Shown piece by piece: positions 34,903 to 44,406 of a DNA stretch of 64,000 nucleotides. A program made the position numbers and the translations under genes. The notes beneath the pieces are model-generated. The model ran no database searches. It was not told the origin of the DNA and was given only the letters and a program-made list of their open reading frames with translations. Position 1 is the first letter of the stretch. The number at the start of each line of letters is the position of its first letter. Origin of the DNA: an uncultured Lachnospiraceae bacterium (GTDB taxonomy: Bacteria; Bacillota; Clostridia; Lachnospirales; Lachnospiraceae); contig CAMUYA010000016.1 of assembly GCA_947164865.1 (NCBI GenBank), positions 1,603 through 65,602 on the forward strand, read 5' to 3'.

Positions 34903-37392
34903 TTATTCCTGAACGAATTCTATGCTTCTGGTGAATGTTCTGGTCTCCGTACGGCTTTCCTTTTTCTTGACCGGATTTCCGTTCTCATCGGTACCGTCCA
35001 CTTCGACCTCTGTGACCACGTCGTAGGACATGGTTATTGAACCCGTCGGAGCTGTAATGCCATAGTAATTTCCGGTGAAGGGGAAATTAGTGGTCGTGAC
35101 ATCGATCAGAGTCTTTCCGTCAGCCGTATTAACAACTATATGCACCTGTGTTCCGGCGGTATAATCCGCTGCCTCCTCAGTTGTGGGAGCGGAGATATTT
35201 GCTTCGTATTTGTAAGTTGCGGCCGTTTTTCCAAGGCTCACGGCAAAGTCCACCGTGGTTCCCTCGTCAACGTATTCGCCCTCTGCCACGCTTTGCTGGC
35301 AGATCTTATCCTTTTCTATGGTATCACTGCTTATCTGTGTGATATTACCGACCTTCAATCCAAGCTCCGTAAGCATTATCACGGCATCGGTCTCGTCCAT
35401 TCCGATAAGACTCGGAACTCTTACGCTCTTAACCTCCGGACCGATGCTGACAAAGAGCTCTACCGTGCTCCCTCTCGGAACCGAAGTTCCGGCGATGGGA
35501 TTCATGCTGATGACGATGCCTTCTTCTATCTCATCATCATGCTGCTCCGTCCTCTTTACCACAAAGCCCTCTTTTATGAGTGCATTTTCCGCCGAATCAA
35601 CCGAATATCCCTTTACGTCGGGGAGCGATACCCCTGCCATACCACTGCTGACCTTGAGGATGACAGTCGATCCCACCTCTACGGTCTGGCCTTCGGAGAG
35701 AGGATTTCCACTTGCATCCGTTGCAGCAATAACGGTTTCCGCTTCCACTGTATCCGACTCTTCGTATTCCAGGGAAGCTGTTACACCCAGGGCAAAGAGA
35801 GTATTCTTTACGTCATTTACATTACTGCCCACCATAGCCGGAAGCTCGGTGAACTTCGGTGCCTCTGTATCATTGTCATCGATAACGGGGCTTTCCGTCT
35901 GCTCGGGCTCCGCAGGCCGGTCGTTATGCCTGTTAAGCCTTCCCACCAGCGTAATGGCGAGTATAACGATTATAGCAAGGATAACAACAGCCGCTCCTAT
36001 GGCGATGAAAGTGGTGATGCGCTCCATTCTGGGATTGTAGTCCTCTTCTCCCTCGAGGCCTGTTCCTTCGTATTCGCCGGAGTATCCTTCCTCGTAGTTT
36101 TCGCCGGAATAGGATTCCTGATTGTAATTATCCTCTGTATATGTCTCGGCCTCATATCCGTTAGACCGATAGCCCGAAGATGATCCGTATCTGTTGTTTA
36201 CGTCGGGTCTTTCCTCATAACCGCCTTCGTAAGCCTCGTTGTTGTATTCGCGGCTCTCACTGTATTCACGGCCGGCGTTGTAATCGCGGCCGGCATTGTA
36301 ATCCCTGCCTGTGCTGTATTCCCGGTTATTCGCATAAGCCGGCGTGCTTTCGTATCTTTGATCTTCGTATGAAGGGGTGTACTCTTCGCCGAAGTTATCT
36401 CTGTAACCCTGTTCGGGAACCGAAGCAGGGGCAAGCTTCATCAGCCTTTCCTCCTCGGTGGGCTGCTCGATCTTCCCGGTAGCTCCGCTCTTTACACGAG
36501 CCACTTCTTCATCGGAGACGATCCTGGTTCCCCCAAGCATCTCGTGCTCATCCCTTACCACGAAATCCGTATCGGGAGTAAGAAGTGCCTGCTTAAGGTC
36601 CGCTATAAGCTCCTGCATATTCTGGTAGCGCCTGTCGGGGGACTTTTCACAGCACTTGAAGATGATGGATTCCACACACTGAGGGATCTCGGGTACATAT
36701 TCTCTGGGAGAAGGCATTTCCTCCTGAATATGCTTGATGGCGATCGCAACAGTGGTCTCACCGTTAAAAGGTACACGGCCCGTAAGCATTTCAAACATCG
36801 ATATACCCAGAGAATAGATATCGCTCTTCTCGTCGGAGTATCCGCCGCGTGCCTGCTCAGGGGAAGTGTAATGAACGGAACCCATTACATTCGAAGTGAT
36901 GGTATTGCTGGTGGCTGCCTTGGCTATACCGAAATCGGTAACCTTAACCTTTCCGTCCCTTGAAATGATTATATTCTGGGGCTTGATGTCACGATGAATG
37001 ATATGGTTTGCGTGAGCGGCCTCAATACCAAGGCTAACCTGAATGGCTATGCTCACCGCCTCTTTATACGTGAGACGTGCCTTCTTCTCAATATATTTCT
37101 TGAGGGTGATACCCTCCACAAGCTCCATTACGATATAGTGAATATCGTTTTCTTCACCGACATCATATACATTGACGATATTGGAGTGCATGAGCCCTGC
37201 TGCCGCCTGGGCTTCCACGCGGAACTTCGAGACGAAGTTCTCATTCTCACCGAATTCCGCTTTCAACACCTTGACAGCAACATTTCTGTTGAGCTTGGTA
37301 TCGAGAGCTTTATAGACATCAGACATTCCGCCGGTGCCTATCTTCTCGATGATCTCATATCTGTCATTTATTATCATTCCGATTTTGACCAT
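34903..37392 (-). CDS. pknB: PASTA-domain Ser/Thr kinase (Stk1/PknB/PrkC)
   Basis: IGTGGMSDVY, HRDIKPQN, KVTDFGIA, GSVHYTSPEQARG; one TM helix; three PASTA repeats. Confidence 0.96.
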   Translation of the reverse strand: MVKIGMIINDRYEIIEKIGTGGMSDVYKALDTKLNRNVAVKVLKAEFGENENFVSKFRVEAQAAAGLMHSNIVNVYDVGEENDIHYIVMELVEGITLKKYIEKKARLTYKEAVSIAIQVSLGIEAAHANHIIHRDIKPQNIIISRDGKVKVTDFGIAKAATSNTITSNVMGSVHYTSPEQARGGYSDEKSDIYSLGISMFEMLTGRVPFNGETTVAIAIKHIQEEMPSPREYVPEIPQCVESIIFKCCEKSPDRRYQNMQELIADLKQALLTPDTDFVVRDEHEMLGGTRIVSDEEVARVKSGATGKIEQPTEEERLMKLAPASVPEQGYRDNFGEEYTPSYEDQRYESTPAYANNREYSTGRDYNAGRDYNAGREYSESREYNNEAYEGGYEERPDVNNRYGSSSGYRSNGYEAETYTEDNYNQESYSGENYEEGYSGEYEGTGLEGEEDYNPRMERITTFIAIGAAVVILAIIVILAITLVGRLNRHNDRPAEPEQTESPVIDDNDTEAPKFTELPAMVGSNVNDVKNTLFALGVTASLEYEESDTVEAETVIAATDASGNPLSEGQTVEVGSTVILKVSSGMAGVSLPDVKGYSVDSAENALIKEGFVVKRTEQHDDEIEEGIVISMNPIAGTSVPRGSTVELFVSIGPEVKSVRVPSLIGMDETDAVIMLTELGLKVGNITQISSDTIEKDKICQQSVAEGEYVDEGTTVDFAVSLGKTAATYKYEANISAPTTEEAADYTAGTQVHIVVNTADGKTLIDVTTTNFPFTGNYYGITAPTGSITMSYDVVTEVEVDGTDENGNPVKKKESRTETRTFTRSIEFVQE
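36241..36330 (-). repeat. 18-bp coding tandem repeat in pknB (REYST-GRDYNA-GRDYNA-GREYSE-SREYNN)
   Basis: Visible in both DNA (ttgtaatcgcggccggc units) and protein. Confidence 0.75.
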
Positions 37393-37427
37393 AATTTATC
37401 CTGCATTCTAAAGTAAAACTGTTAATC

Positions 37428-38159
37428 TCAATCCTCGTATTTGATAAGGACAACCGAAATATTATCCTTACCTCCCGCATTGTTGGAATCCTCTATGAGC
37501 GTCTCAACCGCCTTTTCAAGATCCGGAGCCTTTTTGATGATCCTGCATATCTCATCATCTTCAAGCATGTTGGTAAGGCCGTCGGAGCACAAAAGCACGA
37601 TATCGCCATCCGTAAGTTCCTCGGTGTAGAGGTCCGATTCAATATAATCCTTAACTCCCACCGCGCGGGTTATTATGTTTTTATCCGGGTGATTTCTGGC
37701 CTGCTCTCTCGATATGCTGCCGCTTCGTATCATATCCTCCACAAGTGAGTTATCGACACTCAGCTGTCGGATCGCTCCGGCCCTGATCAGATAGATGCGG
37801 CTGTCTCCGACATTGATCGCCTGAAGATACCTGCCGACAAAGGTGGCGGCAACAACCGTTGTCCCCATTCCCATATATTCTTTAACTGCGTTTGCCTGCT
37901 CGTACACCTCGATATTGGCAGCTTCAACTGCCTTGGTAAGTATAACCTGCGGATTCTTTTCAAACGAAGAAGCCACATATTCCTCCATCACATCAACTGC
38001 GGTCCTTGAAGCGTAATCACCTGCGGCATGACCACCCATACCGTCTGCCACGATAAAGAGGTTTGAAAGGTTCCCAAGCTTTTCCGCTCTGGTGTAAACG
38101 TAGTCCTGATTAATTTTTCTTTTCTTTCCAATGTCCGTTCCGGAAAAGCTTGTCAGCAC
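37428..38159 (-). CDS. stp: PP2C-family Ser/Thr phosphatase (Stp1)
   Basis: NQD, VADGMGGH, MGTT, VGDSR, NIITRAVG, LCSDGLT, GGKDNIS; GTG start. Confidence 0.95.
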   Translation of the reverse strand: MLTSFSGTDIGKKRKINQDYVYTRAEKLGNLSNLFIVADGMGGHAAGDYASRTAVDVMEEYVASSFEKNPQVILTKAVEAANIEVYEQANAVKEYMGMGTTVVAATFVGRYLQAINVGDSRIYLIRAGAIRQLSVDNSLVEDMIRSGSISREQARNHPDKNIITRAVGVKDYIESDLYTEELTDGDIVLLCSDGLTNMLEDDEICRIIKKAPDLEKAVETLIEDSNNAGGKDNISVVLIKYED

Positions 38160-38196
38160 TGATTTTATCTCCGATCATGCCGCGATTTTTGCATTT

Positions 38197-39237
38197 TTAC
38201 GCAAAATACGACTGCTCCTGCATCACCTTCCTTCGAAGCTGTCCGCAGGCGCCGTCTATATCGCGACCCATTTCTCTTCTTATAGTAACATTTATTCCGT
38301 TTTTTTCAAGCTTATTTTGAAAAGCACGTATCCTTTTAGTGTCTGAAGGCGCGTAATTGCGCTCTTTTATCGGATTAACCGGAATCAGATTAACATGTGC
38401 GCCGCATTTCTTGGCCAGGGCCGACAGTTCCTGTGCATCTTCATCCGAGTCGTTGAATCCCGCCACAAGACTGTATTCAAATGTTATCCTTCTTCCGGTG
38501 ATCTCAAAATACTCTTTGCAGGCATCTATTGTTTCGCTTATGGTGAAACTGTTAGCGACCGGCATTATCTGTTTTCTTTTTTCATCCGTCGGAGCGTGAA
38601 GGGATAGTGCAAGCGTGAGCGCATATTTTTTTCGGGCAAATTCCTTTATCTTCGGTACAAGTCCGCAGGTAGAAACCGTGAGATTCCTCTGGCTGATATT
38701 CAGGCCGTTCTCGTCGGTGAGCATTTCGATAAAGCGTATAAGATTATCGAAATTATCCATAGGCTCGCCGCTTCCCATCACCACCACATTGGATACTCTC
38801 TCGGATATATCCCGGGTGATCTCGTAGATCTGTCCCAGCATCTCCCCGGCAGTAAGGCTCCTTGCAAGCCCGTCTATAGTGGAAGCGCAGAATTTACATC
38901 CCATCCTGCATCCCGCCTGCGATGAAATACATACGGAATTGCCGTGATGATACCGCATAAGCACGCTCTCTATCATATTTCCGTCAGACAGCTTGAAAAG
39001 ATATTTTCTCGTGCCGTCCAGCTTTGATTCCTGAACATTCACTTTTTCAAAGCCCTCGAACTCAAATTTCTCAGCAAGTTTTTGCTTAAGGCTTTTGTTC
39101 ACATTGCTCATCTCATCAAACGAGAGAGCACACTTTTTGTGAAGCCAGTCATAAATCTGCGTAGCCCTGAAGGGCTTTTCGCCCAGCGCTTCCATTTCAC
39201 TTTTCAATTCTTCAAGGGTTAACGATCGTAAGTCCAT
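38197..39237 (-). CDS. rlmN: 23S rRNA/tRNA m2A methyltransferase (radical SAM)
   Basis: CISSQAGCRMGCKFCAS, MGSGEP, LSLHA, EYSL, NLIPVNP, IDGACGQL. Confidence 0.97.
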   Translation of the reverse strand: MDLRSLTLEELKSEMEALGEKPFRATQIYDWLHKKCALSFDEMSNVNKSLKQKLAEKFEFEGFEKVNVQESKLDGTRKYLFKLSDGNMIESVLMRYHHGNSVCISSQAGCRMGCKFCASTIDGLARSLTAGEMLGQIYEITRDISERVSNVVVMGSGEPMDNFDNLIRFIEMLTDENGLNISQRNLTVSTCGLVPKIKEFARKKYALTLALSLHAPTDEKRKQIMPVANSFTISETIDACKEYFEITGRRITFEYSLVAGFNDSDEDAQELSALAKKCGAHVNLIPVNPIKERNYAPSDTKRIRAFQNKLEKNGINVTIRREMGRDIDGACGQLRRKVMQEQSYFA

Positions 39238-39259
39238 ATCATAAATATTATTTGTTTTT

Positions 39260-40564
39260 TTATTCTATACGCTCAAATACTGCGTAGAAGAAGCCGTCGC
39301 TATGGTCCTTATGCGGAAGGAGCTGAACAGGACCGGCAACTATTTTAAAAGGGTATTTCGCGGCTATTCTCTCCGCCTGTTTTTCGTTTTCATCCGGGTT
39401 AATGGTGCAGGTGCTGTATATGAGCCTGCCGCCCTTTTTAACATATTCCCACGAGGCATCGACAATGCTTTCCTGTATCTTTACAAGGTCTGATATCTTT
39501 TCCGGAGAAGCGTTATATTTGATGTCCCTTTTCTTTCCCATAACGCCCAATCCGCTGCAGGGAACATCGAGGATGAGTACATCGGCTTTTTCGATAAGAG
39601 AATCTTTCTTTTCTGATCCGTCTCCCGCACAGGCCTCTATATTATCTGCCTTCATCCTGCGGGCATTTTCTTTTATAAGCGGGATCTTATCTTCCGAAAG
39701 ATCAAATGAAAATACCTTTCCGCTCTCTCCTGCCTTTTCGGATGCGAGGATGCTCTTTCCGCCGGGTGCAGCGCACACATCTATAACGCAGTCGCCCTGC
39801 TTTATGCCTGCTGCCTCTATGGCAAGGCATGAGCTGATGTCCTGAACGGTAAAGAGCCCTTCATCATAGCCTGGAAGATTCTTTAATCCCTTTATTCCTT
39901 CCGCCGAAAAGACATAATCAAGTCTGCTGTCTTTTGTGAGTCTTACACCTTCGTTTTCAATTTTCGAAAGGCATGCCTTTCTCTCGTCATCAGTGAGCTT
40001 TGTATTAAATCTTAAACTTACAGGTCTTGTCTTAAGAAGTGCATCAAGAAGCTTCTCAGCTTCATCATTTCCGTATTCCTTCACCCATTTTTCACATATC
40101 CATTCGGGCACGGAATAACGCACGCTCAAGTACTTTATCCTGTCATCTTTTAAAGCTTCAAAAATATCCCCTGTTTTATTCTTTGAAACCGCTCTCAAGT
40201 TGGCATTCACAAATCCCGAAAGCCCCGCTAGCCCTCTCTTTTTAGCGAGCTTAACCGACTCGTTTATGGCCGCGCTGTCGGGAACAGAATCCATATATAT
40301 CAGCTGATAAGTGCCCATGCGGATCAGGTTTCTTATCACCGGTTTCATCTTATGTACAGGCGTTTTTGAAACGAGATCTATTCTGTAGTCAAGCTCGATC
40401 CTTCTTTCGATAACTCCCTCAAAAAGGCGCTTTATAAAGGCTTTGTCCTGACCGGTCAGATCATCGTTTTTATCCAGTATTTCTTTTATTATCTTACTCG
40501 AAAAATCGAGCTCCTTATCAAATGAAAGGAGCCCTTCGAGGACAAGTTCTCTTGTGTTTTTCAT
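39260..40564 (-). CDS. rsmB: 16S rRNA m5C967 methyltransferase
   Basis: N-terminal NusB-like domain; VQD, DVCAAPGGKS, DVPCSGLG, YSTCT, DGFFYA. Confidence 0.95.
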   Translation of the reverse strand: MKNTRELVLEGLLSFDKELDFSSKIIKEILDKNDDLTGQDKAFIKRLFEGVIERRIELDYRIDLVSKTPVHKMKPVIRNLIRMGTYQLIYMDSVPDSAAINESVKLAKKRGLAGLSGFVNANLRAVSKNKTGDIFEALKDDRIKYLSVRYSVPEWICEKWVKEYGNDEAEKLLDALLKTRPVSLRFNTKLTDDERKACLSKIENEGVRLTKDSRLDYVFSAEGIKGLKNLPGYDEGLFTVQDISSCLAIEAAGIKQGDCVIDVCAAPGGKSILASEKAGESGKVFSFDLSEDKIPLIKENARRMKADNIEACAGDGSEKKDSLIEKADVLILDVPCSGLGVMGKKRDIKYNASPEKISDLVKIQESIVDASWEYVKKGGRLIYSTCTINPDENEKQAERIAAKYPFKIVAGPVQLLPHKDHSDGFFYAVFERIE

Positions 40565-40627
40565 ATTTAAACAGGCATATCATCAATCAGTCTGTAACCG
40601 GCGTTTTTCTCTCGCGGTGAAGTTCTT

Positions 40628-41581
40628 TCAGCCAAGTATCGTTCCTTCTTTTATCCTTCCGGAAAGAAGAAAGTCTTTCGCGCTCATGCGCTTTTTGCCT
40701 TCACTCTGAAGCTCATAGATATCTATGAGTCCCGATCCTGCTGCCACGGTAAATCTGTCTTTATACACGGCAGTGACTTCACCTGCCGCGGCACCTGACG
40801 GTGCGGCTGTCAGATTTCCGTTTTCATCCTTTACAGGCTTAGCCATCCATATCTTAAGCTGCTTTCCGTCAAGGAATGTAAATGCGCTGGGCCAGGGATT
40901 CATTCCTCTTACCAGGCGTCCTATCACGTCGGCGCTTTTCGTAAAATCGATCCGGCCCATTTCTTTTTTGATGAGCTTTGCATAATTGCTTTTTGAATCA
41001 TCCTGTTTCTCAGGCTTAAGCTCTCCCTTTTCAAGGAGTACAAGGGCCTCGGTTATAGCCCTTCCGCCTATCTCCATAAGCCTGTCATGAAGGGTTTCAA
41101 AAGTATCTTCTTCGGTTATCTCCGTCTCTATCTTATAGAGCATATCTCCGGTGTCGATCCCTTCATCCATCTGCATGATCGTTACACCGGTCTTATCCTC
41201 GCCGTCGAGGATAACCTGCTGAATGGGAGAGGCTCCGCGGTATTTTGGCAGAAGCGATGCGTGAATATTTACGCATCCCAGGCGAGGCATATCAAGTATC
41301 TCCTTGGAGATTATCTGCCCGAAAGCGGCTACCACAAATATATCCGCATCATATTTTTTAAGCTCCGCAACCGACTCGGGGGTCTTTATCTTAAGCGGCT
41401 GAAATACGGGAATATTATTCTCCAGAGCCACTTCCTTTACCGGGGACGGCACAGGCTTATCGCTTCTTCCCTTGGCCCTGTCGGGCTGTGTGACCACAAG
41501 CAGGATATCATGCCCCGCTGCTATTAAAGCTTTAAGAGAACCGGCCGCAAAGTCCGGCGTTCCCATGAAGACTATCTTCAT
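40628..41581 (-). CDS. fmt: Methionyl-tRNA formyltransferase
   Basis: MKIVFMGTPDFA, VVTQPDR, NIHASLLPKYRGASPI, MDEGIDTGD; start 41581 after GGAGG. Confidence 0.97.
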   Translation of the reverse strand: MKIVFMGTPDFAAGSLKALIAAGHDILLVVTQPDRAKGRSDKPVPSPVKEVALENNIPVFQPLKIKTPESVAELKKYDADIFVVAAFGQIISKEILDMPRLGCVNIHASLLPKYRGASPIQQVILDGEDKTGVTIMQMDEGIDTGDMLYKIETEITEEDTFETLHDRLMEIGGRAITEALVLLEKGELKPEKQDDSKSNYAKLIKKEMGRIDFTKSADVIGRLVRGMNPWPSAFTFLDGKQLKIWMAKPVKDENGNLTAAPSGAAAGEVTAVYKDRFTVAAGSGLIDIYELQSEGKKRMSAKDFLLSGRIKEGTILG

Positions 41582-41619
41582 ATGCTTTTCCTCCGGTATC
41601 AATAATTCATATTTGATAC

Positions 41620-42114
41620 TTATTCCGATGCCTGCCCCTCTGCCTCATCCTTGCTCTTTACATCATATACTTCACCTTCCACCTTTTCGGTGTAGAGATG
41701 TCCTTCAAGGTGATCGCATTCATGGCATATAGCCCTTGCGAGGAGCTCTGTTCCTTCAAGGGTGATCTTGTTCATATCCGCATCAAATGCTTCGCATTTA
41801 ACGTAGTTGGGTCTGGTCACGTCTCCGGCCTTCCCCGGGAAGCTGAGACATCCTTCGGAGCCTGTCTGTGTCCCTTCTGTTTCCACGATGCGGGGATTAA
41901 TAAGTATATGGGGATCCTCCCCCGTTACATCTATCACGACTATTCTTTTGAGTATGCCCACCTGAGGCGCCGCAAGCCCCACTCCGCCTGCCGCATACAT
42001 GGTATCAAGCATATCCTGTATGAGTTCCCTTGTTCTGGGAGTCACTTCTGTTACTTCCTTACATACTTTATTTAATACGGGATCTCCGAATTCTCTGATG
42101 TTCCTTATGGCCAT
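41620..42114 (-). CDS. def: Peptide deformylase
   Basis: GVGLAAPQVG, EGCLS, HECDH. Confidence 0.98.
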   Translation of the reverse strand: MAIRNIREFGDPVLNKVCKEVTEVTPRTRELIQDMLDTMYAAGGVGLAAPQVGILKRIVVIDVTGEDPHILINPRIVETEGTQTGSEGCLSFPGKAGDVTRPNYVKCEAFDADMNKITLEGTELLARAICHECDHLEGHLYTEKVEGEVYDVKSKDEAEGQASE

Positions 42115-42179
42115 TTTGTGTCTCCTTAAATTATTTCAAATAGGAAGCTGGTCGCATTTCAAAGTACGAAATGCGATTG

Positions 42180-44396
42180 CTACTGATCAAAATCAAACTG
42201 GACAAAACATCCGCCAGCGCCCTGTTCCAATATATATTCCTCAAGTGAATCCTTAACATTCACAAGTATATCATAATCCTCGGCTTTAATATATACCACA
42301 TATCGATACATATCTTTCAATTTCTCGATAGCGGCAGGTGCCGGGCCTAGTACAGGAACTTTATAAGGCCCCTTTCTTACAATTTCTGCCAGCTCTCCCG
42401 CCAGCTTTTCCGCACGCGCTCTGTCAGGGCCGGCAGTTCTTATTCCCAGCATATGTGCCGCCGGAGGATACCCCATAAGCCTTCGGTATGCGATCTCCTC
42501 GGAATAGAATGTCTTATAATCCTGCGCCGCCGCATGCATAACGGCATAATGATCCGGTCGATAGGTCTGTATGACCGCATTCCCGGGAAGGGTTCCTCTC
42601 CCCGCGCGCCCTGCAGCCTGTGCCAACAGCTGGAATGTCCTTTCTCCGGATCTGTAATCCGACCCGTTGAGTGAAATATCCGCGGCAATGATCCCCACAA
42701 GCGTAACATTGGGAAAATCATGCCCCTTTACTATCATCTGGGTGCCTATGAGCACCTGTGCTTCCCCGTTCATAAAAGAAGATAATACCTTCTCGTATGA
42801 ATCCTTCGTCTTCGTGGTATCCGCATCCATTCTGAGGGTGGTCACACCTGGGAACATTTCCTTAAGCTTTTCCTCTATCTGTTCGGTTCCCGCTTTAAAT
42901 CCCGCTATATAACCCGATCCGCAGGACGGGCACTTTTTCGGCTTTGCCGTCTCATATCCGCAGTAGTGGCATACCAGCTTTCCGCCGTAGTGCTCCGATA
43001 GCGAAACATCACAGTGCGGGCACTTTATCACCTCTCCGCACTCCCTGCAGGAGATAAAGCCGGCATATCCCCGCCTGTTTAAAAAGAGCATGGCCTGCTC
43101 GTTTTTTTCTATCCTGTCTTTCAGCAGAGCCTGCAGCTTTCTGGAAAAGATCGACCTGTTGCCTTCCTTAAGTTCCTGCCTCATATCCGTCACGGTCACT
43201 TCCGGCAGGCTTCCGCCTGTAAGCCTCTCGTTAAGTTCAAAGAGCTTTATCTCGCCTTTTTCCGCTTTATAATAGCTCTCCAAAGAGGGGGTGGCCGAGC
43301 CCAGTATTAGGGCTGCATTCTCTCTCCGCGCAATATATTCTGCGACGCGCACAGCGTGGTATCTCGGAGTGTTTTCCGACTTGTAGCTTGTTTCGTGTTC
43401 CTCGTCTATTATGATCATTCCCAGGTTGGGGAAGGGCACAAACAGTGCAGATCTCGGCCCTATGATCACATCGATCTCCCCCGCTGCTGCCCGCATGCAC
43501 TGATCGTATCTCTCGCCGGATGAAAGTGTTGAATTCATCACGCTCACCCTGCTCCCGAACCTTTGATAAAACCTTACAAGTGTCTGATAAGTGAGAGCTA
43601 TCTCGGGGATCATAAAGATCACCTGCTCGCCTCTGCTTACAGCGATCTGTGCAAGTGTCATATACACTTCGGTCTTACCGCTTCCGGTTATTCCGTGGAT
43701 CAGATACTCCCCGGGTCGGGATTCATCGATATCTTTCTTTACGGAATCGACTATGGCCTGCTGGGATGCGCTCAGCGTAAGTGTCGGTCCTTCCCCTTTG
43801 TTTACATGCACGGGATTCCTGTATTTTGTTACTGCATCGATCCTGAGCGCCCCTGCTTTTTCAAGGGATCTGATGGTGGAAGCTGACACTCCCAGCTTTC
43901 CCGTTATCCATTCATAGGGAATGCTCTCCTGATCAAGAAGAGCATCGAGGAGCTTCACCTTGGCATTCTGATTCTTCTTCCTTAAAGCTTCACCTTTTAA
44001 GCTAAGCAGTTCTTCTCTTCCCAGAGTTCTGACCACTTCCCGAAGCAAAAGCTGCTTTACTTTTGCCTTGGCAGGAAGCACCACATGAAGCGCCTGATTC
44101 ATGGTCCCACCGAAATTGCGCTTGATAAAAGCTGCCAGTTCAAACTGCTTTTCCTCTATCGAGACGGATTCTCCCGAAACTCCGATAATATCCTTCACTA
44201 TCGAAGGGTCGCAGTCCGGCTCTTCAAGGAGTGATATAACATAGGCTTTGCGGGGATTATTACCTCTTCCGAAGGGGACTTCCACCCTGTTCCCCACATT
44301 TACCTTTTCTTCAAGCCTATCCGGAATATGATAGCAAAAGGGTCTGTCCAGAGAGCTGAGACTTATATCGATTATCACATTAGCGTATCTTTTCAT
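42180..44396 (-). CDS. priA: Primosomal protein N'
   Basis: HGITGSGKTEVY, IIDEEHE, SATPS, LNRRGY, two Cys clusters, GTQMIVKGHDFP. Start MKRYANV at 44396; the track start overlaps murE. Confidence 0.96.
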   Translation of the reverse strand: MKRYANVIIDISLSSLDRPFCYHIPDRLEEKVNVGNRVEVPFGRGNNPRKAYVISLLEEPDCDPSIVKDIIGVSGESVSIEEKQFELAAFIKRNFGGTMNQALHVVLPAKAKVKQLLLREVVRTLGREELLSLKGEALRKKNQNAKVKLLDALLDQESIPYEWITGKLGVSASTIRSLEKAGALRIDAVTKYRNPVHVNKGEGPTLTLSASQQAIVDSVKKDIDESRPGEYLIHGITGSGKTEVYMTLAQIAVSRGEQVIFMIPEIALTYQTLVRFYQRFGSRVSVMNSTLSSGERYDQCMRAAAGEIDVIIGPRSALFVPFPNLGMIIIDEEHETSYKSENTPRYHAVRVAEYIARRENAALILGSATPSLESYYKAEKGEIKLFELNERLTGGSLPEVTVTDMRQELKEGNRSIFSRKLQALLKDRIEKNEQAMLFLNRRGYAGFISCRECGEVIKCPHCDVSLSEHYGGKLVCHYCGYETAKPKKCPSCGSGYIAGFKAGTEQIEEKLKEMFPGVTTLRMDADTTKTKDSYEKVLSSFMNGEAQVLIGTQMIVKGHDFPNVTLVGIIAADISLNGSDYRSGERTFQLLAQAAGRAGRGTLPGNAVIQTYRPDHYAVMHAAAQDYKTFYSEEIAYRRLMGYPPAAHMLGIRTAGPDRARAEKLAGELAEIVRKGPYKVPVLGPAPAAIEKLKDMYRYVVYIKAEDYDILVNVKDSLEEYILEQGAGGCFVQFDFDQ

Positions 44397-44406
44397 CGGC
44401 AAGTCA

